Source of the DNA: Candidatus Oxydemutatoraceae bacterium
Lineage (GTDB): Bacteria; Pseudomonadota; Gammaproteobacteria; Poriferisulfidales; Oxydemutatoraceae
Assembly: GCA_965218975.1 (NCBI GenBank)
Contig: OZ244717.1
Location: 192,001 to 256,000 of the forward strand
DNA: 64,000 nt
Direction: 5' to 3'
Positions 44,361 through 53,235 of the stretch are shown here, in pieces. The notes under the pieces are model-generated. The model was not told the DNA's origin. It did no database searches and was given only the letters and a program-made list of their open reading frames with translations. The translations under genes and the position numbers were made by a program. Each line of letters begins with the position of its first letter. Position 1 is the stretch's first letter.

Positions 44361-45289
44361 TGTACGATGCCACCCTAGTGGAATTCTTGAAGAGCTTCTA
44401 GGGAAGCGTTCGGCAGTAACATTCGGACCGGTGCTTTCTGTCCGTTGTCGGCATGAGGGCGGTGCAGGGTGAGACGCGCCCGGAAAACCGAACGGTTTTC
44501 AGCGGCAAACGACCCGACAAGGACGTCGGGCTGGTGCTCATTGACAGAACCAAGTCTCGTCATGGACGAGCAGGGTAAGACGCGCCCGGAAAACCGAACG
44601 GTTTTCAGCGGCGAACGACCCGACAAGGACGTCGGGGCTGGAGCTTGTTGACAGAACCCAATCGCGTCATGGGTGAGACGCGCCCGGAAAACCAATTGGT
44701 TTTCAGCGGTGAACGACCCGACAAGGACGTCGGGGCTGGAGCTTGTTGACAGAACCCAGTCCGTCATGGACGACAGGCACTTTGCCGACAATCCGGCACA
44801 ATCCGCCGACAACCCACCAACAAACACAAAACGGTTTCACAACCGGTCATTGAATGCTTGCATATCGGTAAATAGCAGGTCTTCCGCATGATCGATACAA
44901 TCTTCTTGGACCGTGCTGACAACGCACAATCGTATCCAGGGCGATGCAATGCCCAGGATTGCCGGATACTGTGCTTTGAAGTAACTCAGCTTGTACGTGC
45001 GACGATGCTTGAACGGTCGTGCAAACTGCTCAACCCTCCCTGCCGATAGGCCAGGGGCGTCATGCATACAGGGTCGAACGACTGACCTTGAATGCGTTCG
45101 GGAGTTACAACTATCCCAAAATGAGGGCATCATATTTCTGTTGAAGCTTAGAGTGCTCATGAGCCTCCATTTTTGAAGCAAAATTGGCTCATATAGAAAC
45201 CTTTGATGCGGTGGCCGATGTGCTGGTATTGCATGCCGGTCACCTTTTTATTGACGTCCAAGAATCCAGTATGTATCTGGGCACGTACA
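44361..45289 (-). mobile_element. IS481-like remnant with both ends and 3 modules
   Basis: Right end at 44361; left end at 45289; MQYQHIGHRIKGFY start; modules at 44467, 44573 and 44671. Confidence 0.85.
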
Positions 45290-45295
45290 CATAAG

Positions 45296-45470
45296 TGTAT
45301 GAGTCCACCACAGCTGCACATTAGCGTTGTTGGATGACAGCCTGAAACGGGGTTCAATCCCAGTCTTTGTGTGCGGGCATAATCCGTTGTACCGAACCAA
45401 CCGGTCCGCCGGTTTTTCATTGAAACGATCAAGGTCCTCATGATAATCAACGTATTGCCTCTGAACGGTG
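45296..45470 (-). mobile_element. Right-end fragment of a different IS481-like subtype
   Basis: Minus strand DRFNEKPADWLVRYN...NVQLWWTHT, ending in ...ATACA. Confidence 0.6.
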
Positions 45471-45586
45471 TGATTAAACCGTGTTAGACGGGATGAGCGA
45501 AAGCAGCGCGTTTTGACAGAATGCTTGACTCTTTCTTGGGTAACATTCTTCCGGTAAAACTCCGAGTTTCGGACCTTCTATCTCTG

Positions 45587-47218
45587 CTACCGCTTCAGTA
45601 ATAACTTGCTTCGGGAAAGAAACGAGACAGTACGACTGCCAACAAGCAAGACAAGTCCTAATAACAATAGCAACCATAAATCCATGGCGCCGGAGCCTCC
45701 GCCGCCTCCACCGCCTCCGCTGCTATTGCTGTAAGCAGGACGTGCCCCATCATCGCAAACGGCAGTGTCATCAGGATAATAGTCATCGCCGTGTTCAAGA
45801 GCGCATGCGACTCTCCCGTCTTCAAAGATTTTGCTCATCCTGGAAACCGTGCCTTCACAAGTATTAAGAATCTCATTAGTAAGCACGCCGGCAACTCGTG
45901 TGTTCTGCCTTAACCACATCGGACTCCCGGACGATCCTGACCCAGTACCCCCTGTTATATAATGGATTCCATAGTGGCTACAGTCGGAAGAGTTATTACA
46001 AGGAACGAAAAGGCCATTTAACTCATGATGATACAACCCCACAATTTCCGCATTTAGGTAGTTTTGATCAGTACCTACCGCATGATGAAGCGTTTCAATT
46101 ATTTCACCCCGAGACAAAGGAGCGAAGGTCAAACCTAATCGTGCAAATATTAAAACTGCTGTTGATTGGAACTCTAATGTATTCACTGACAGCAATGCAT
46201 AATCTCCTAGCGTGTTAGCCGCAATGAATCTTGCGCCTGTCCCTCTAATCCTTTGATTAGCGGGAATGCAATCCGAAACACCGATCGTAAAAGAGATATT
46301 CACAAAAGTGCCTACCCGCATTTCAGGGCCAGTGCCACTGGCAATGCAGTGATACGCTGTCAAAAGATAAGCATGGTCATCATCGGCACCGGTGCCGGTA
46401 TTCAGCAGTCCTGCAGTGCACTGCCTCCCGCTTCCTTGACCAGGGGGCGGAGTATAATTTATAAGGGCCACGCCTCTCCCTCGTTCAACTCCATCAGGAA
46501 AAGCACACAGGTCGTTCTCAAAAGGGCAGTCGGAGTGGCTTTGCGGAACGGCAAAGGAGTGGCTATTGAGTTGCTGAATGTTACCGGCAGCATCTCTGAA
46601 GTGATGGTCTAAATGATATATGGCAAACGGAAAAGCATCCGGGGACACAGCAGATTGAGTCCATACTTCAACAACCACTGTGTCATCCGGAATCAATGGC
46701 GACCAGAAGCCCGCGCCATCGGCCGGCCCTTTGCCGACATACTCACCGACAAAAGATGCGGGATTATCTTTCAGTCCATATACTTTTACAGACATTTCGT
46801 CATTCAGGTCAAACCCGGAAAACCATACCTTGACACCCAGCGCTTCGGGAGAATGAATGTGCAACTGCCAGATATTGAGACCATCTCGTTGTCCGACCGG
46901 ATGCCAGTTGTTTTGATTAACACTTACCGCTCTGCTAATACTCGTATAGAGTTTGCGTTTATCTTGAATTAGACTGACAATTTTTCTCTCCTCATCTTCA
47001 CTGAGTAAAGGCAACTCCAACCTGATGTCATCCGGGTATTTTGATGCCAGATCGCGGGCATGCTCTATCTCCTTCGGTTGCACTTCCACCTCTTCCGTTC
47101 TCATTTCCGACATATCGGAATAAGCGATCTGAAAAAACGAAAGAATGAAAACCCCTGCCGGAATAAGCAAGGTTTTATATTTCATAGTATCCATCTTAGC
47201 CTCCAAAGCACGTCGCAC
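45587..47218 (-). CDS. Trypsin-like (lysyl-endopeptidase-like) serine protease with GlyGly-CTERM anchor
   Basis: Triad LTAYHC / DYALL / GSSGSP; C-terminal SSGGGGGGGGSGAMDLWLLLLL plus a basic tail. Confidence 0.88.
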   Translation of the reverse strand: MRRALEAKMDTMKYKTLLIPAGVFILSFFQIAYSDMSEMRTEEVEVQPKEIEHARDLASKYPDDIRLELPLLSEDEERKIVSLIQDKRKLYTSISRAVSVNQNNWHPVGQRDGLNIWQLHIHSPEALGVKVWFSGFDLNDEMSVKVYGLKDNPASFVGEYVGKGPADGAGFWSPLIPDDTVVVEVWTQSAVSPDAFPFAIYHLDHHFRDAAGNIQQLNSHSFAVPQSHSDCPFENDLCAFPDGVERGRGVALINYTPPPGQGSGRQCTAGLLNTGTGADDDHAYLLTAYHCIASGTGPEMRVGTFVNISFTIGVSDCIPANQRIRGTGARFIAANTLGDYALLSVNTLEFQSTAVLIFARLGLTFAPLSRGEIIETLHHAVGTDQNYLNAEIVGLYHHELNGLFVPCNNSSDCSHYGIHYITGGTGSGSSGSPMWLRQNTRVAGVLTNEILNTCEGTVSRMSKIFEDGRVACALEHGDDYYPDDTAVCDDGARPAYSNSSGGGGGGGGSGAMDLWLLLLLGLVLLVGSRTVSFLSRSKLLLKR

Positions 47219-47619
47219 TTGAAAAGCGACAAAGTCGTGCGGCTGTTGAGTTTCGGGGTTGCCTGTGCCTGTGACCGGGACGCAGTGACTAGTTTATTAC
47301 AAAAGAGTGATCTATAGCAACATTGATCGTCTATCATCTTCGTCCTCCTATTTAATTGGCAATGATATACTTGTTGACCCTGTATAGGTCCATAACATTT
47401 GGCACTCCGGGTGGTGAGTCAGGAGCGATTGTATCGGGGATTGCCCCCCGTTCAAGCCGTCATTCAACAACATAGCGTGCGGTTGCAGCAGACCCATGCC
47501 TTTGTGCGACCTGCTATGCTATTATGCGTCCCGCACCTGGCTCAAACAGGGGAAGAGACTGTTCCGAAATCAAGCGGGCGCCGATAAATCGCCTGCATGA
47601 AAAATAAAGGAGGCGCGAA

Positions 47620-49182
47620 ATGACGGTAAAGCGAACGAAGAGCAGTAAAACTGTTGAGGAAGAAACACAACCTGATTGGGAAAAGTCACCCGGGCGGGTG
47701 AGCCCAAGAGAGCGGCAACCGTTTATTACAGGCGTTGATTCTTTCGCCTTTGAAGCCCCCGTTCAAAGAGCAGGCGGTTCAACCAAGACGATGGGGCGAA
47801 AAACGCAGCCCGCAGGAAGAATCGGAGGTTCGGAGAATATGCGCATCGCAGACGGTCGTCGTGCTGTTGATAACAGGGCTGTCAAGCGACACTCTGAACG
47901 GACCGACTCATGGCGGGCATCAATCAATCGTTTGAAGTCGGAAGCGGGCCTGCCAGATCAGGCGGCTTGTCGCGCCTCAAATGAGTTAAAGAGTCGGTCA
48001 AGCGGAAGAATTTCGGCGCTATGGTTATTATTGCTGATAGCGATCGTCGGCATCGGGCCTTGGCAATCGGGTATTTGCGATTCATTGTCCGAACCCGGTC
48101 AATCAGTCAAACAAGCGCAATGGCTGCTGAAAGAACTTGGCTACGACGTTGTGCCGGACGGTATCTTAGGCCCCCGGACGAAAGCCGTCATCCGCAATTA
48201 CGAACGCGAAAACAATATGGTTGAGACCGGGCAAGTCACTGTCGAATTAATTGCATCGCTGCAAGCAAAGCCTAAACAAAAAGGCAAAGTATTCCGGGAT
48301 TGCGCGGAATGCCCGGAAATGATCGTGATTCCGGCCGGCTCATACCGGATGGGTTCGCCTGCGCATGAGGTGGGGCGCTATAGTGATGAAGGCCCGGTCC
48401 ATCGCGTGACGATCGCAAAGCCGTTTGCAGTAGGACGTTATGAAGTCATGCGCGCCGAATTCGCCCATTTTGCGGATGAGGTGGGATTTTTGCAGGAGGA
48501 CGAAAATTGCGATTGGTTGAATCCGCTGGAGCCGGAGTTCCGTCAAGGCGAGCGCGATCCTGTGGTATGCGTGATGGGATTTTGGCCGGAGGACGAAAAT
48601 TGCGATTGGTTGAATCCGCTGGAGCCGGAGTTCCGTCAAGGCGAGCGCGATCCTGTGGTATGCGTGGATTGGAACGACGCGCAGGCATATGCAGAGTGGC
48701 TGTCAAGGAAGACCGGAAAGGCGTACCGGCTGTTGAGTGAATCGGAATGGGAGTATGCGGCACGCGGAGGGACGAGCACGGCACGATACTGGGGGGAGCA
48801 CGAGGATGAGCAGTGCCGGTATGCGAACGGGATAGATGCGGCTTATAAGAAACATAACCCTAGTTTGAAGTATCCAGTAGCTCCATGTAACGACGGCCAT
48901 GTGTATACATCTCCGGCGGGTTCGTTCTTACCGAACGAGTACGGTTTGTACGACATGCTCGGGAATGTCAATGAGTGGGTAGAAGACTGCTGGAATGATG
49001 ATTATGCCGCAGCGCCGTCCGATGGCAGTGCATGGTTGCAGGGTGATTGTTCCGCTCGTATGTTCCGCGGCGGGTCGTGGGGCGACATTCCGAGGTATCT
49101 GCGTTCTGCGATCCGCTACGCGTACACCACCGGAGACCGGGACGACTATATCGGTTTTCGAGTCGCTAGGACATTGGATTGA
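47620..49182 (+). CDS. Membrane-anchored peptidoglycan-binding + FGE-sulfatase (CLec-fold) protein
   Basis: RBS AGGAGG; TM segment; L.ELGY..PDG.LGPRT; DCAECPEM, RLLSESEWEYAARGG, GLYDM.GNV.EW, RGGSW...GFRVAR. Confidence 0.9.
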   Translation: MTVKRTKSSKTVEEETQPDWEKSPGRVSPRERQPFITGVDSFAFEAPVQRAGGSTKTMGRKTQPAGRIGGSENMRIADGRRAVDNRAVKRHSERTDSWRASINRLKSEAGLPDQAACRASNELKSRSSGRISALWLLLLIAIVGIGPWQSGICDSLSEPGQSVKQAQWLLKELGYDVVPDGILGPRTKAVIRNYERENNMVETGQVTVELIASLQAKPKQKGKVFRDCAECPEMIVIPAGSYRMGSPAHEVGRYSDEGPVHRVTIAKPFAVGRYEVMRAEFAHFADEVGFLQEDENCDWLNPLEPEFRQGERDPVVCVMGFWPEDENCDWLNPLEPEFRQGERDPVVCVDWNDAQAYAEWLSRKTGKAYRLLSESEWEYAARGGTSTARYWGEHEDEQCRYANGIDAAYKKHNPSLKYPVAPCNDGHVYTSPAGSFLPNEYGLYDMLGNVNEWVEDCWNDDYAAAPSDGSAWLQGDCSARMFRGGSWGDIPRYLRSAIRYAYTTGDRDDYIGFRVARTLD

Positions 49183-49508
49183 ATCTTGAAGCTTGGTATC
49201 TTGCGATGGGTGACGGAGCCTTGCCCCGGCTGATTTCTCTGCAGCTGAGGATAGTTCGTTGAGGCAGGCTTCGTGTAGATGCGGGCATGCCTTGGCGCTG
49301 AGTATTTTCATCTTGAGCGAGTAGTCGCATAACGCCGGATACATACGGGACTCACGGCTTAATCTAAATCGGTTTGCCGTTTCGGGGGAAACTACGGACC
49401 GGATGTCACCGGGCGCATTCTCGGCAGCCCTAAGCTCTTCGAACCGATGAAACCGTTTTGTGTTTGTTGGCGGATTGTGCCGGATTGTCGGCAAAGTGCC
49501 TGTCATCC

Positions 49509-50191
49509 ATGCCGCGACTAGGTTCTGTCAACAAGCCCCAGCCCCGACGTCCATGTCGGGTCGTTCGCCGCTGAAAAGCAATTGCTTTTCCGGGCGCGTC
49601 TCACCCTGACGAGACTGGGTTCTGTCAACAAGCCCCAGCCTCGACGTCCTTGTCGGGTCGTTCACCGCTGAAAACCAATTGGTTTTCCGGGCGCGTCTCA
49701 TCCATGCCGCGACTGGGTTCTGTCAACAAGCCCCAGCCCAGACGTCCATGTCGGGTCGTTCGCCGCTGAAAAGCAATTGCTTTTCCGGGCGCGTCTCACC
49801 CTGACGAGACTGGGTTCTGTCAACAAGCCCCAGCCTCGACGTCCTTGTCGGGTCGTTCACCGCTGAAAACCAATTGGTTTTCCGGGCGCGTCTCATCCAT
49901 GCCGCGACTGGGTTCTGTCAACAAGCCCCAGCCCAGACGTCCATGTCGGGTCGTTCGCCGCTGAAAAGCAATTGCTTTTCCGGGCGCGTCTCACCCTGAC
50001 GAGACTGGGTTCTGTCAACAAGCCCCAGCCCCGACGTCCTTGTCGGGTCGTTCACCGCTGAAAACCAATTGGTTTTCCGGGCGCGTCTCACCCATAACGA
50101 GACTTGGTTCTGTCAATGAGCGCCAGCCTCGACGTCCTTATCAGGCCGTTCGCCGCTGAAAACCGATCGGTTTTCCGGGCGCGTTTCATCC
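49509..50191 (+). repeat. Tandem array of seven 97/98-bp modules (A-B-A-B-A-B-C)
   Basis: Unit starts at 49509, 49607, 49704, 49802, 49899, 49997 and 50094; 195-bp higher-order period. Confidence 0.95.
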
Positions 50192-50539
50192 CTGCCCGAG
50201 TGTCCGCACGATTGCGTGCCTGATCGCGGATGCGCCGAATAAAATGCGCTGTATTCCGCAGCGGCTGAATGCCAAAGGACAAACAAAACGACTGTTCAAG
50301 CACCGTTGCAGGGTACGCAAGCCGAAACACTTCAAAGCATAGTATCCGGGGCATTGCATCGCCCTGGATACGATTGTGCGTTATCAGCACGGCCGCATTC
50401 CTGCGCCTGGCAGAATTTCGGCAACAGTAAAGTCTTTGAGCTAATGAAACCATTCGTGATTGTATAGTTGACACAAGTACGAATACATGGTACCAATACT
50501 GCACTAAAATAGTCAATGGGATAGGCCGCTTGACTACAA

Positions 50540-50899
50540 ATGCAGCACTTACTTCGCGAAATTATTATATCCGCTACTGGTTTAAGTTTTGTCTGCGGTG
50601 TTGTGTTGGGGGTGTTAGTCATGTGGCTCCCTAAATTCATTAAACGTAGACTTTTGCGTAAGAAGGTAGAAGCTGCATACTCAATGCTTAGGATGGTATG
50701 TGAGCCTAAAACTTTGAACCCTGCTCAACTTGGCAACAGAGAATACATGATTTCTGAATCCAGGGATCTTGTTAATGCAATTAGTCTTAAAAGCGCAGGT
50801 TTTCGTCCACCTCAAAAATGTGATCGTAGCGAAAAGTCTTTGAATGAATGGTTTACTTTTCTCCAAGATGTTCGAATTGAATTAGCATCTTGGTTTTGA
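50540..50899 (+). CDS. Passenger hypothetical protein with an N-terminal TM helix
   Basis: 119-aa ORF inside the IS1595 IRs. Confidence 0.55.
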   Translation: MQHLLREIIISATGLSFVCGVVLGVLVMWLPKFIKRRLLRKKVEAAYSMLRMVCEPKTLNPAQLGNREYMISESRDLVNAISLKSAGFRPPQKCDRSEKSLNEWFTFLQDVRIELASWF

Positions 50900-51212
50900 T
50901 TTATAAGGATGACTTGTTTTCCCTAATAGGATATTTAGGTACTCAGTTAATAGAAGTAAACATGAACTACAATTAAGATGCATACGGGTTTGAGTGTACC
51001 AAAGGCTGATAACCAGACAATTCTAAATTGGAAGTATGATATTGAAAATGCTTCTGTGCTATATGGAACACGTATGGGTGATTTGAAAATCCGGTTAATC
51101 ACTACAAGAATGGTAACAGAGGATAGACAGGACTGGCTAACCAAGAATGACTTGTGGGATGTATTAGATTCATACAGGGGTAATCATGTGGGGGATGGGG
51201 GTAAGTAAAAAA

Positions 51213-51779
51213 ATGAGAGTTATTTTGCTGGCCATGGTCATGATGATAGTGATCTTTGTTCTCTCTGCGTGTTACATCACACCTTACATCACACCGGACT
51301 GGCCCCGGTTGAAGGAATTTTCTGAACATCAGGTAAGGTGGAAATCATACGAGACCACGCGCTACCGGATGCGACTTGAGCGAAACTGTTTTTGCGGTGA
51401 AGATTATCTACGGCCACTCATTGTTGAAGTTCAGGTGGGGAAGACGATGGAGTTGCCTGTATACGGCAGTAAAGAATTTTTACAGCCTCGTACAACTGTA
51501 GTCCGAATCGAAGATGTAGAGTCGGCCGTATACGAGGATGATGGAAAGCCAGTCCCTTTGGACGAGCTCCAAAGGATTGCATCAATCGATTCCCTGTTCC
51601 ATAGGATATACATTGCAAGTTTACGGAATCCAAGCCTTACTCAGCGCATCATGGATGACCTGGTACAGGTTGATTACAATGCCGAGTACGGCTACCCAGA
51701 GTTTGTGGTATTTGATTCAGATGCGATGACTGATGCTTACATTAGCTACGATGTTGAACTTTTGGATATAATCCGTTGA
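51213..51779 (+). CDS. Passenger putative lipoprotein (DUF6174-like)
   Basis: Signal ending in the lipobox LSAC; W......Y...LER.CFC, IDSLF, Y...YGYP. Confidence 0.65.
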   Translation: MRVILLAMVMMIVIFVLSACYITPYITPDWPRLKEFSEHQVRWKSYETTRYRMRLERNCFCGEDYLRPLIVEVQVGKTMELPVYGSKEFLQPRTTVVRIEDVESAVYEDDGKPVPLDELQRIASIDSLFHRIYIASLRNPSLTQRIMDDLVQVDYNAEYGYPEFVVFDSDAMTDAYISYDVELLDIIR

Positions 51780-51785
51780 ATAAGT

Positions 51786-52007
51786 ATGGCTATAGGTAAA
51801 TACTTGAGCCTCGAAGAAGCTCGCAAAAAGAATTTGCTGGATCGTTTTGCCAAGGAACATCCATCCGTAGCGGACGGGCGTTTCTGGCCTTTGCTTAATT
51901 CTATAATTAAAGGGAAGCAATCAAGTCAGGAAACATCTGTTCAGGCTTGTCCCGATAGTTGTAGCGAAACTCAAACTCCTTCAGATACTTCCGAAGATGC
52001 TTCTTAG
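51786..52007 (+). CDS. Small passenger ORF overlapping the transposase 3' end
   Basis: 73-aa ORF (KYLSLEEARK...LDRFAKEHPS). Confidence 0.4.
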   Translation: MAIGKYLSLEEARKKNLLDRFAKEHPSVADGRFWPLLNSIIKGKQSSQETSVQACPDSCSETQTPSDTSEDAS

Positions 52008-52764
52008 ACACATGGATATGTGTACCACGAATGCTCAACTTAAGGCGTGCCCAAAAACCTTCAATGCTATTGACATGAGAGCCACCGCTTACCCATTTGC
52101 CAGCACCATGATTGACCCTCTTATGCTCAAACCCTTCTTTGTCCAGCCCGGAGTAAGAACGAAGCTCATCCGTATGGACTGTGCTTCCCTGCTCAACATT
52201 TTCCTTAATGATCGACTGCAAAGTGCGCTTTTTGACGTTCGGAACAATTTTGGTCATTACATCCCCATCCCTGTCCAACATGCCAAAGGCTATAGCCTTG
52301 TTCGGAGCACCGCGACCGCGCTTTCCGCCAGAAGTCTTACCGCCAATATAGGTTTCGTCAGCTTCAACATGCCCGTCAAGAGGGTTTTCACCGTCCGTAT
52401 CAGACATGTGCTCACGTATCTTGTGAGCCATTCTCAAAGCAGTTGGATAGGCAACTCCAAGCTGGCGTTGCAGTTCCAAGGCGGGCACTCCGTGTCTTGT
52501 GGTGGTGAACAAGTAAATAGCATAGAACCACTTCTGCAAGGGGGTATGGGAGTTTTCAAAGATCGTTCCTACCATCGGATGAATTTGATGTCCGCACCAA
52601 GCACACCCATAAGCAGTGTCACGTTTGACTCTGTGAAACTTCCCGTGCTTCCCGCACTTGGGGCAGTCCATAGTCTCCCCATGCTGCTTGTGCATCAGGA
52701 ACTCAAGACAGGCTTCATCATCCGGGAACTGTTTCATAAACTCTTGAATTGTTGTGGGTTTCAT
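51907..52764 (-). CDS. IS1595-family DDE transposase, intact
   Basis: Zn ribbon CPKC..C..C, VEADETY.GG, VHTDE, HVNSIEGFW, YL.EF.FRYN. Confidence 0.95.
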   Translation of the reverse strand: MKPTTIQEFMKQFPDDEACLEFLMHKQHGETMDCPKCGKHGKFHRVKRDTAYGCAWCGHQIHPMVGTIFENSHTPLQKWFYAIYLFTTTRHGVPALELQRQLGVAYPTALRMAHKIREHMSDTDGENPLDGHVEADETYIGGKTSGGKRGRGAPNKAIAFGMLDRDGDVMTKIVPNVKKRTLQSIIKENVEQGSTVHTDELRSYSGLDKEGFEHKRVNHGAGKWVSGGSHVNSIEGFWARLKLSIRGTHIHVSKKHLRKYLKEFEFRYNYRDKPEQMFPDLIASL

Positions 52765-53235
52765 GGTGTATCTCCTATCGTTGAAGAAATATTACCATGA
52801 ATACTTACTTGTGTCAACTATATAATCACGAAACCATTTTGTGTTTGCTGCCGGATTGTCGGCGGATTGTGCCGGATTGTCGGCAAAGTGCCTGTCACCC
52901 ATGACGAGACTTGGTTCTGTCAATAAACCCCAGCCTCGACGTCCTTGTCAGGTCGTTCGCCGCTGAAAAGCAATTGCTTTTCCGGGCGCGGCTCACCCTG
53001 CAAGAATCCCATTTAAGGTGGCATCGTACAAAGTGTAGAGTTTCTCAATCAGTCATTGTACAATGCAAGGTTTATATTCGTGGTCGTACCACGAATAGAA
53101 CATAAAGCACAAGTCCCTATGTTATTATTTCGTTCGTAATGAAGATTGCTGTTTTAGCATATAAATTATTGCTTATACATAACTTCGGCATTACATGATG
53201 CCTCTTTATAAGTACACTGATGCCCGTTTTTTAGG

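Larger units (their letters stand above)
50455..52830 (-). mobile_element. Complete IS1595-family element with passenger genes
   Basis: IRs of about 38 bp (CGTGATTRTATAGTTGACACAAGTA...CATGGTA); 8-bp TSD AAACCATT at 50447-50454 and 52831-52838. Confidence 0.95.
49400..53030 (+). mobile_element. IS481-like remnant with 8 modules, split by an IS1595 insertion (left boundary approximate)
   Basis: Transposase fragments at 50192-50454; module at 52901-52998; right end ...GGTGGCATCGTACA at 53030. Confidence 0.8.

Noticed and set aside
49604-49650. Hammerhead ribozyme (CTGACGAG...stem...CTCGA)
   Set aside because: The required GAAA core reads GACG, and CTGACGA occurs only at A-B junctions.
49509-50191. 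CRISPR array
   Set aside because: Units are 97-98 bp with no unique spacers, and there are no cas genes in the window.
51997-52800. 267-aa plus-strand ORF
   Set aside because: Antisense shadow of the IS1595 transposase.
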